Under the pieces are notes generated by a model. It worked only from the letters and a program-made list of their open reading frames with translations, was not told the DNA's origin and did no database searches. Both the position numbers and the translations under genes were made by a program. This document shows positions 28,399-37,273 of a stretch of DNA of 64,000 nucleotides, piece after piece (the first letter of the stretch is position 1; each line of letters begins with the position of its first letter). Source of the stretch: Thermodesulfobacteriota bacterium (lineage in GTDB: Bacteria > Desulfobacterota > Desulfarculia > JACQYL01); the NCBI GenBank assembly GCA_963675595.2, contig CAXXLZ010000002.1, forward strand, positions 2,208,001 to 2,272,000, written 5' to 3'.

Positions 28399-29425
28399 TG
28401 ATGCCGCCGTAAGAACCCCCCTTTTCGAGCAGGGCTAGTTTCTGCAGGATCGGAGGTCAACGACCTTGCATTCGAGAGGCGCGTGACCCCGGATACAGGA
28501 AACGACTTGGGTGCAGTCCTCGTTCGTTTCAAAGTCACTCAACTGCATCTTATTGAGATCCAGTGCTTTTCCGCAATTGACCGGGGCGGTAAGCTCGACT
28601 TCGTGCTCGTAAGCTTGAAGGATGTTCTCCCCGCTGCCGCAGCCGGCGTCGGCGAACAACTCGGCGGGTTTGCGGCCCGTCTCCTCCAGGCGTTCGATAA
28701 CGGGCATCACGTCTTTCCGGTCGTTGCCATAGGAAGGGGCCGCGTCCATATCGGTGATCATCTGGAAGGGATTTTCCTTCACGCAGGTCTCCGTGAGGGA
28801 AGCCTTATATCCTTTGCCCTTGCGCCCATAAGCGGCATCGGGATCCGAAGGATTCTGCAGGGAGTCCGCGATGATTTCACATCGGCAAAATAGCCTGCGC
28901 GCTTCAGGTAGGCCTTGTCGTAAAGTCGGGGCAGTTTCTCGTACAACTTGGGATGCTTCTTACGGAGCCGTCTCAGGAACGCTTCGATGGTGCGCGTAAA
29001 GAGCCCTAGACGGCTCAGATGGGCCATGTTGGAAGTGATCTGGGTGGAGTCCAACCGCTGTTTTTCCGTGCTAAGGGAGGCCGTCTCGACGATCGCGTCC
29101 GTGATTCCGGTGAACAGGCCCCGCGCTTGTTCGTTGGCGGTAATCAAGGTCCGGAAATTGTGCAGGGTCTTCCGGCAGACGTGAGATTCAAAGGCGTTGA
29201 TGTCGAATGCATATTGCCGGCGGAGATCGAAGTCCGGAGCGCCCAAAACCTCCGCATCGGTCAGGTTGTGCATTTCCTTCAAAATGCATACTCCGACGAG
29301 GATGGCCACGGGTTTGTTGGGCCTGCCGTTATCCTCACAGTAGAAAGGCCGGATAGACTCCTCATCGATCATGGGAAGCACCAAACGCCGGAAGGGACCG
29401 ACCGAAGTCTTCTCCAACGCCTTCC
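28399..29425 (-). mobile_element. Deleted copy of the IS at 33486..35174
   Basis: Near-identical DNA with the same internal frameshifting deletion, an extra deletion at about 28455, and loss of the 5' end at about 29420. Confidence 0.88.
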
Positions 29426-29471
29426 GGCGCAATTGAGAGGAGTCACCGGGTCGGTTATCCTTGGTGATCAC
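29420..29471 (-). pseudogene. 5' stub of the gene downstream of cheBR, fused in frame to transposase
   Basis: GTGA overlap with the cheBR stop, GAGGTG RBS, MITKDNRPGDSSQLRRKA then transposase LEKTS. Confidence 0.6.
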
Positions 29472-32400
29472 TGTTCACCTCTCTCATTTTTATCTGAATC
29501 TCCGTCTTCTTGTTCGAACTCGGGATAGAGCTTCTTCATGCATTCCGGGCAAAGGCTGTGGCTGAAGTCGGCTTCGGAGTGGTCGCGGACATAGACTTCC
29601 ACTTGGTGCCAGTAGCCCTGGTCGTCGCGAATTTTCTTGCAGCTTGCACAGATGGGCACGATGCCGCGCAGGGTCTTGATCTGATCAAGCGCATGACGCA
29701 GCGCCTCCTCGGCCCGCTTGCGCTCGGTGATGTCGATAACGATCCCGGCGTAATGCGTCACTTGGCCGTTCGCATCACGAAACGGCTTTCCCCGGGACAT
29801 CAACCAACGGTCTTTACCATCGCGATCGAGCACACGCCACTCCGAATTCAGTTCCATCTCTTTGGAAGATGCTTCCTTTACCACCTGTTCCACTCTGGCT
29901 CGGTCATCGGGATGCACACTTTGCAGCCATGTCTCAAGAGACGGTTCGAGGCTATTCGGTTCCAGTCCAAACAGAGACCACACTTCCTCAGACCAGGTAT
30001 TCTCGTTGGTCAGCAGGTTCCATTCCCAGGTTCCGGCATTAGCGGCTTCCTGCGCCAGGCGGAGGCGCTGTTGGGTCGCCCTCAACGCCTCCGCTGTTTT
30101 CTTTGCTTCGGTAATGTCAACAAAGGTGATCACCGCCCCCTCGATAACGTTATCCAGCGTGCGGTAAGGCAGGATGCGCATGGTATACCACGTTCCGTCC
30201 AGGGTCTGCACTTCCAACTCTTTGGGGGCCAGGGTGTCCAGCACCGCCTGCGTGTCCGGCAGTAAATTGTCGTAGCCCGACAGGTTGGAGAGGATGTGGC
30301 CCACGGGCCGGCCGATGTCGCTCTGGATCAAATTGATGATCCGAGTGGCAGCGGGGGTGAAGCGCAAGATTCGAAGCCCGTGATCCACAAAAACGGTGCC
30401 GATGCCTGTGCCGGCCAGTAGATTTTTCATGTCGTTGTTGGCCCGAGATAAATCCGCCACCTTGACTTCCAGTTCGGCGTTGACCGTGGCCAACTCCTCG
30501 TTGACGGATTGCAGCTCCTCCTTGGAGGTTTCGAGTTCCTCGTTGGTGGACTGCAATTCTTCATTGACTGACTGCATCTCCTCATTCGAGGATCTGAGTT
30601 CTCCGTTGGTGGTCTGGAGGTATTCTTCCTTGGCCCGCAGTTCCTGCTTAAGCTGTGCGATGCGTCCATCAGTGTCTGTAGTATCGGGGCTGTCCGAACC
30701 TTCGCCAACATGCAGGGCGGCGGCTTTCTGCGCCCGTTCAGGTTCGAAGGGCTGCGATTGCTCCAGAACCACCAAATATAGAGGTTCTCCCGGCCTGTCA
30801 GTGACAACGGTTGCGATCCGGTGCACGGACAAATTGACCGCTGTCATGTCGCCGTTGGTTTTGACGCGCAGACCCGGGCAGCGAACGATCTCCCTGCCGG
30901 CCGCCGCTTTGTGCAGGGCCTTGGACAGGTCGTGCCGCAATCCTTCGCGGACCATCTTAAGGATGTTGTTGATGCGGACCTCGCCCGGAGACAGCTCCAG
31001 ATACGGGCCGGTGTGGCCGTGGACGTAGAGGATGTCGCCATGATCGTTGACGAGCGCGGCGGCAGGGGCAACCTGCTGCAAAAGTGCCTGTTCGGTCAGC
31101 GCGCGAAGCGACACTTTCACGGGGCCGTCCGTCTTTCCGGCGGCCGGCGGGAACGCCGCGTCCACCGCTGTCCTGGGCGGCAGAAACCGGCCCATGGCCG
31201 CTCGCTGTGCGCCGTGAAAATCCTCCTTGCGCTGATACAGCTTCGATTTGCGGTCCACCACGGCAAACAGATCGCCGAACTCACCCACGGTCTCGGAGGT
31301 GCCCAGGAAGAGAACCCCCCCTGGGCAAAGCGCATAGTGGAACAGGGGAATGAGCTTCTTCTGTAGTTCCCCGCCCATATAGATCAACAGGTTGCGGCAA
31401 CTGATGAGATCGAGTTTAGAGAAGGGCGGGTCTTTGATGACATTTTGTTCGGAAAAAACCAGCATGTCCCGTATGCTTTTGCATATGCGGTAGTCGCTCG
31501 GAACCCCGTCCGCGCCTTCGGGCTCGGCCGCGAAAAAACGCGCCAGCCGCTCCGGCGAGATATCGGCGGCGATGCTGGCTGGGTAGACGCCGGCGCGGGC
31601 CGTGGCGATCGCCTGGCTGTCAATGTCGGTGGCAAAGACCTGAACCTTGAAGCTCCGTTTCAGCGCCTCCTGACGCTCGGACAGCAGGATGGCGAGGGAA
31701 TAGGCTTCCTCGCCGGTGGCGCATCCCGGCGACCAGACGCGGATCACGCCGTTCGCGGGCTTGGCGGCAAAGAGCTTTGGGATGACCTGTTCCTCGAGTG
31801 TCTTGAAGGCCTCCGGGTCGCGGAAGAAATTGGTGACCCCGATCAACAGGTCGTGGAAGAGAGCTTCCACCTCCGCCGGCGTCTGCTGCAAATATTTGAC
31901 GTACCCGTCCATCGTTTCGATCTGGTGGACGGCCAGGCGACGCTCGATACGGCGGATGATGGTGCTCGGCTTGTAGTGAGAAAAGTCGTGGCCGGTCTGG
32001 GCGCGCAGCAGGATACAGGTCTTCTTCAGCCCGTTCTCTGCCTTGGGCGAAGTGAGGCCGGCGGTGCGGGGAGGCTTTCCGAAGGCATGGGCCACGTAGG
32101 CGATGAGTTGGGCGGGCATCTCAGAGGGCGGCAGCTCATAGTCCACCAGGCCGGTGGCGATGGCGCTCCGCGGCATGCCGTCATACTCGGTGGAATCGGG
32201 ATTCTGGACCATGACCATGCCGCCCTCGCCCTTGATGGCCCGCACGCCCAGAGTGCCGTCGCTGCCTGTGCCCGAAAGCACGATGCATATGGCCCGTTCG
32301 CACTGATCTTGGGCCAACGAGCGGAAGAAGAAGTCAATGGGCAGGCGCCGGCCGCGCGGGGCGGAGGGTTCCATCAACTGGAGCCTGCCGTTCAGAAAAG

Positions 32401-32755
32401 CCATGTCTCGGTTGGGCGGGATAATGTAGGCGCAGTTGGCGCGAACCGCCATCCCGTCCTCGACCTCGAAGACCTGCATGCGGGTGTAGCGTCGGATGAG
32501 GTCGGTGAGGATGCTCTTGTGGTCCGGAGCCAGATGCTGTACCAAAACAAAGGCCATACTGGGATCCGTGTCCGTGGGCATGCCGGAAAAGAAGGCCTCA
32601 AACGCCGCCAACCCGCCGGCCGAAGCTCCGATGCCGACGATCGGGAAGCTGACATTTTCTTCCGGTTTTTTTTCTTCTTTATTCTTTTTTGATGAATTCT
32701 CTTTGGCAGACCCGCGCGGTTTTTTCTTATTTGTCGGCATTGTCGTTCCTTCCAT
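29468..32755 (-). CDS. CheB-CheR fusion with methyl-accepting coiled coil, PAS domains and Cys/His-rich C-terminal domain
   Basis: CheB triad motifs GASAGG/VQHL/SGTGSDG; CheR TNFFRD, GCATGEEAYS, CRNLLIY; NEELQSTNEELETSKEELQSVNEEL; PICASCKKIRDD...SHSLCPEC. Confidence 0.94.
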   Translation of the reverse strand: MEGTTMPTNKKKPRGSAKENSSKKNKEEKKPEENVSFPIVGIGASAGGLAAFEAFFSGMPTDTDPSMAFVLVQHLAPDHKSILTDLIRRYTRMQVFEVEDGMAVRANCAYIIPPNRDMAFLNGRLQLMEPSAPRGRRLPIDFFFRSLAQDQCERAICIVLSGTGSDGTLGVRAIKGEGGMVMVQNPDSTEYDGMPRSAIATGLVDYELPPSEMPAQLIAYVAHAFGKPPRTAGLTSPKAENGLKKTCILLRAQTGHDFSHYKPSTIIRRIERRLAVHQIETMDGYVKYLQQTPAEVEALFHDLLIGVTNFFRDPEAFKTLEEQVIPKLFAAKPANGVIRVWSPGCATGEEAYSLAILLSERQEALKRSFKVQVFATDIDSQAIATARAGVYPASIAADISPERLARFFAAEPEGADGVPSDYRICKSIRDMLVFSEQNVIKDPPFSKLDLISCRNLLIYMGGELQKKLIPLFHYALCPGGVLFLGTSETVGEFGDLFAVVDRKSKLYQRKEDFHGAQRAAMGRFLPPRTAVDAAFPPAAGKTDGPVKVSLRALTEQALLQQVAPAAALVNDHGDILYVHGHTGPYLELSPGEVRINNILKMVREGLRHDLSKALHKAAAGREIVRCPGLRVKTNGDMTAVNLSVHRIATVVTDRPGEPLYLVVLEQSQPFEPERAQKAAALHVGEGSDSPDTTDTDGRIAQLKQELRAKEEYLQTTNGELRSSNEEMQSVNEELQSTNEELETSKEELQSVNEELATVNAELEVKVADLSRANNDMKNLLAGTGIGTVFVDHGLRILRFTPAATRIINLIQSDIGRPVGHILSNLSGYDNLLPDTQAVLDTLAPKELEVQTLDGTWYTMRILPYRTLDNVIEGAVITFVDITEAKKTAEALRATQQRLRLAQEAANAGTWEWNLLTNENTWSEEVWSLFGLEPNSLEPSLETWLQSVHPDDRARVEQVVKEASSKEMELNSEWRVLDRDGKDRWLMSRGKPFRDANGQVTHYAGIVIDITERKRAEEALRHALDQIKTLRGIVPICASCKKIRDDQGYWHQVEVYVRDHSEADFSHSLCPECMKKLYPEFEQEDGDSDKNERGEQ

Positions 32756-32791
32756 ATTGAAATGGATAAGAAAAAAATCAGAATCTGTATT

Positions 32792-33058
32792 TTATGCCGG
32801 TCTGAGCTCAAGATTCGATCGCGAAAGGCTCCGCATACCCAGATGATACAGTCTTCGCGCCCGGGCGGCGATGTTGTCCACCAAGTCCCTCAGGCTCACC
32901 CGCCCGGAAAGCTGAGCAATGGTCAGCGCCATAAATTGAGACCATCGGTTGAAACTTCGAAAACGGCGTCCAACATGATGCACCTTGGCAAGACTGTCGA
33001 ATTCATGTCTCGGAAGAAATGCAACTATTTGACTTAGGATTGCGTTACGATGCGACAT
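32792..33058 (-). pseudogene. IS4-family transposase N-terminal fragment (DUF4372)
   Basis: MSHRNAILSQIVAFLPRHEFDSLA..RWSQFMALTIAQLSGRVSLRDL..LYHLG..SRSNL, then truncated. Confidence 0.85.
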
Positions 33059-33289
33059 GGCTCGGATGCCCTTGTTTTGTTAGTGCTTTTTCGCAAAACC
33101 ATTATAACACAGAGGGCTTCCAGAGCCGTTTCTTATTGATTAGGACCAAAGGACCCTCTTTATTTTGCTCCTTTTGCTGCTCGCATTGCTCTTCACCATC
33201 GCTGAAACTCCTTCGAACGACGATTCGAACAAATGATTCAGCTCCTCACTCTTCGTGGGCAGAATAACATCCTTTCTTCAACGGGCTGT

Positions 33290-33448
33290 CTAGAATGCTG
33301 TTGAAAAACGCGATCTGCGGCGTTGCGCTTCATCCCTCGTCACTGCGACGTACTCTATGTACGTCTCATTCCTCAGGATTTGCGCGCCTTGCATCTCATC
33401 GTTTTTCAGCAGCCTGCCGCAACCGGCTTTTTTCAACGGGCTGTCTAG
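33290..33448. mobile_element. MITE-like non-coding element bounded by CTAG
   Basis: Ends TAGAATGCTGTTGAAAAA and TTTTTCAACGGGCTGTCTA form an imperfect IR; internal palindrome GACGTAC-N5-GTACGTC; 23-bp direct repeat at 33277-33299 and 33432-33454. Confidence 0.7.
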
Positions 33449-33485
33449 AATGCTCGCAAACCGGAATCGAAAAATAGTGAACACG

Positions 33486-35174
33486 TGATGCCGTCGTAAG
33501 AACCCCCTTTTCGAGCAGGGCTAGTTTCTGCAGGATCGGAGGTTCAAGCGGCCATTGAAAGACATTTAGGGTTGCCGCCGTCTGTAAATAGGTCACAGAG
33601 AGGACGGAAATTGTCGTTGTTGTTGCCGTCTAATGACTTGGGACAGGCCCTCTTGGCCTGATCAAGGCGGCTCTGGATGAACCTCTTGATATTGATGGCC
33701 GGGGCCTTCATGAAAACAGACAGGATGACCCGGTTTCTGCCTCGGGTCCACGATCGTTAGAATCCCGTGACCCGATCCGCTTCGGAGATGGTGGCCTCGA
33801 TGCCGGACCGGATTTTGTAACGTTCTTTGAAATCATGGCTTTCCTGCTTTAGCCTGCGTTTGGAGGTCGCTATGTCCTTTCGTTTGTACTTCAGCCGATA
33901 ATTTCCGCCCTTGATCCGCTCTAACGGACAGATGGCGAGAAATTCGCGTATGAGACAGTGCTCGCGGGGAAACACGGCTTCAACCGCTTTGCCGCGGTCA
34001 ACGACCTTGCATTCGAGAGGCGCGTGACCCCGGATACAGGAAACGACTTGGGTGCAGTCCTCGTTCGTTTCAAAGTCACTCAACTGCATCTTATTGAGAT
34101 CCGGTGCTTTTCCGCAATTGACCGGGGCGGTAAGCTCGACTTCGTGCTCGTAAGCTTGAAGGATGTTCTCCCCGCTGCCGCAGCCGGCGTCGGCGAACAA
34201 CTCGGCGGGTTTGCGGCCCGTCTCCTCCAGGCGTTCGATAACGGGCATCACGTCTTTCCGGTCGTTGCCATAGGAAGGGGCCGCGTCCATATCGGTGATC
34301 ATCTGGAAGGGATTTTCCTTCACGCAGGTCTCCGTGAGGGAAGCCTTATATCCTTTGCCCTTGCGCCCATAAGCGGCATCGGGATCCGAAGGATTCTGCA
34401 GGGAGTCCGCGATGATTTCACATCGGCAAAATAGCCTGCGCGCTTCAGGTAGGCCTTGTCGTAAAGTCGGGGCAGTTTCTCGTACAACTTGGGATGCTTC
34501 TTACGGAGCCGTCTCAGGAACGCTTCGATGGTGCGCGTAAAGAGCCCTAGACGGCTCAGATGGGCCATGTTGGAAGTGATCTGGGTGGAGTCCAACCGCT
34601 GTTTTTCCGTGCTAAGGGAGGCCGTCTCGACGATCGCGTCCGTGATTCCGGTGAACAGGCCCCGCGCTTGTTCGTTGGCGGTAATCAAGGTCCGGAAATT
34701 GTGCAGGGTCTTCCGGCAGACGTGAGATTCAAAGGCGTTGATGTCGAATGCATATTGCCGGCGGAGATCGAAGTCCGGAGCGCCCAAAACCTCCGCATCG
34801 GTCAGGTTGTGCATTTCCTTCAAAATGCATACTCCGACGAGGATGGCCACGGGTTTGTTGGGCCTGCCGTTATCCTCACAGTAGAAAGGCCGGAAAAACT
34901 CCTCATCGATCATGGGAAGCACCAAACGCCGGAAGGGACCGGCCGAAGTCTTCTCCAACGCCTCGATCCTGGTGGCTGGAAGGCAAATATCGTGGTCGAA
35001 AATGGTCTTTTGTGTTCTCTTAGGCCGAAACAAAACAGACCCCTGAGGAATATATTGGCAATCAAATCGAATACTTATTCTACAAGGCCCAAGAGAAGGG
35101 TCAACCCCTAAATACCACTTTTACTCATATTTTCAAAAAGATAGCTTTGCCAAGAGGTTTTTACGAACCCATCA
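33486..35174 (-). mobile_element. IS1182/IS5-like element with defective transposase
   Basis: IR TGATGCCGTCGTAAGAACC / TGATGGGTTCGTAAAAACC; motifs NGRPNKP, QRLDST, LFADAG, YKIRSGIEAT; frameshift near 34410 and a nonsense codon at 33757. Confidence 0.88.
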
Positions 35175-35815
35175 AATAAGATTTACAATAGCGCCGCCTC
35201 CGTCTTTGACCGGCGATATGAAGCATTCCGCAGTGTAAATGGTTCCATCTTTGCGTTTGTCAGTGATGCGGCCGGTCCATCGCCTGCCCTCGATAATGGT
35301 GTCCCACGGCTGCTTGTAGAACGCCTGCCCCTGATGACCGCTTTTGAGCATCCGTGGATTCCGGCCGATCAGCTCCTCAAGAGCATAGCCGGCGATTTTC
35401 CCGAATGCCGGATTGGCGTACTCGATTGTTCCGTCCGTCGTTGTGATCACGATGGCTTCCGAAGTCTGCCGTACCGCTTCGGCCAGTCTTCGAAGCTCTA
35501 TCTCCGCTTGCCCGCGTTCGGTGATGTCGCTCAGCACGACACGGCACACGAGAGCGCCGTCGGTATCCTTCGCCACTGTGGCTTCCAGCCTCGCCCAGAA
35601 GGACGCGCCGTCTACTTTCATCAGCCGTACCTCGCACACCTGTGACTGACCGGTTTCAAAGAGCTGTTTGCGGTGCTGGTAGTAGCGGGTAGTAGCTGGT
35701 AGTGGATGTCCTGGTCTTCCTTGAGGATGAACCGGGTAAACGGCTGCTTGACCAGCGCGCTCCGGTCACGCCCAGCAGGGTGGCGGCTGTGAGGTTGGCC
35801 TCCAGGATCAGCCCC
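35172..35815 (-). pseudogene. Internal fragment of a multi-PAS sensor gene, cut by the IS
   Basis: GLILEANLTAATLLGV..LVKQPFTRFI..FWARLEAT..VLSDITER..IVITTTDGTIEYANPAF..GRNPRMLKSG; frameshifted. Confidence 0.8.
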
Positions 35816-35819
35816 ATCT

Positions 35820-35916
35820 CGGAGTGGTCGCGGACATAGACTTCCACTTGGTGCCAGTAGCCCTGGTCGTCGCCAATTTTCTTGCAGCTTGCGCAGATGG
35901 GCACGATGCCGCGCAG
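35820..35916 (-). repeat. About 95-bp near-identical copy of the cheBR 3' region (about 29575-29670)
   Basis: Encodes LRGIVPICASCKKIGDDQGYWHQVEVYVRDHSE; about 2 mismatches at the DNA level. Confidence 0.9.
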
Positions 35917-36264
35917 CTTTGGGATTTTGGAGGAAGCCCCGGTGGCATAGACGGCCACGTCGAAAGGCCACTTTCTTCCCGTGGAATCCTTGGCGGTTCC
36001 GGCCTTCATATCCAAATCCACAATCCCGGTGTTTACGTGAACATGCACGCCCGCCTTCTCGAATTCCTCCGGAGTTCGAGCGATGATCTTTTCCGTGCCC
36101 TGAATGCGGTCCGCGACAAAGTACGGAGTCGGACACGCGGCATAGGACACGTGAGGCCCTTCGTCGAACATGTGCACTTCCAGCTCACGATCGAGCCGTT
36201 TCGCTTTGGCCGCCGCACTAGGCCCCGCGGCCCCACCTCCGATAACGATCAATTGTCTGCCCGT
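35916..36264 (-). pseudogene. 5' half of a CoA-disulfide-reductase-like FAD oxidoreductase
   Basis: IVIGGGAAGPSAA..SYAAC..ATGA; the codon at start distance from GGAGG is ACG (36264); truncated at 35916. Confidence 0.8.
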
Positions 36265-37273
36265 ACCGCCCTCCAGATTTTCACCGAAACGATACGAAAT
36301 TCAAGAAATCTCGTTGAATCGAGAAACCTTCTCTTGCGGCCCACGAATACGTACTTTACAGGTTTTGCCCGATGTGCGCAACCCTCGACCGGCCTTGGCC
36401 TTCACCAACGAGAGACTTACAGGTTCGTGAGTGCCCGCCCGGCCCGGCGACGAAGTCGTGGAAAGAATCATCAGAAATAGGCCTCGCCAATTCAATTTGT
36501 GTAGACGTCTCCCCGGATAAACACCGGGGGCCATGCCACACGTTCAACTTTACACTTCGCAACTTTTCTTGAGCGCCATATTAGGATAAGAAAAAAATTT
36601 GTAAGATAAGTATCCAAAAACCCTGCGGCCCCTGTGAATCAAATCCATACCGTCTGATATGAAGGAGCAGTATCGGCCGCCCCCAACCGGAGATCGACGT
36701 GATACGGGCGACGGAAATCGCGAAAGCCCCCATCCCGCAAGCAATGGAGAAGACCCTATGAGAGACGGATTTCTCCTACACCCTCCCTAAAGACGGATTT
36801 CATTCCTTCCCCCGACAAAAGAAGATGCATCTTCACGCCTAGGGCGTCCTCAGCGGGAAGCAGCACTCGACGCACTTGGTTTCGTGGTACCTGCGACGGT
36901 CGCTTTCCCGACCTTTTCCGAGACTCCGCCCGTGGATGTGGACGAAGAACTTCGTACACCGCGAGTGACGGTAGCGCGTGCTTTCCATGCAAAGAATTCC
37001 TTTGGGGATTCCTCCGTCCGTGCGCCGAAACGATTTTTCGAAACGGCTCACCCTGCTTCGGCTGCAAAGGGAACCCACCGGTTCCGTGGGTCTCCGCCAT
37101 CCGCGAGAGGCCCCCATCCGCTACACCGCTTCCTCGGCGGCGAGGAGCCTGAGCCCCTCTTTCGCAGCTCTCTGTACAACCACTTGTCCGACTTGTTTCC
37201 GCTCGCGGAGGAGCCGGGGATCTCCGCGACACTCGGGTTACAACCGAATATGGTCCAACTAGGAAAGGAAATC

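Noticed and set aside
36884-37273. 130-aa N-terminal extension of the surface protein
   Set aside because: The RBS and signal peptide point to ATG 37274; the extension looks non-coding.
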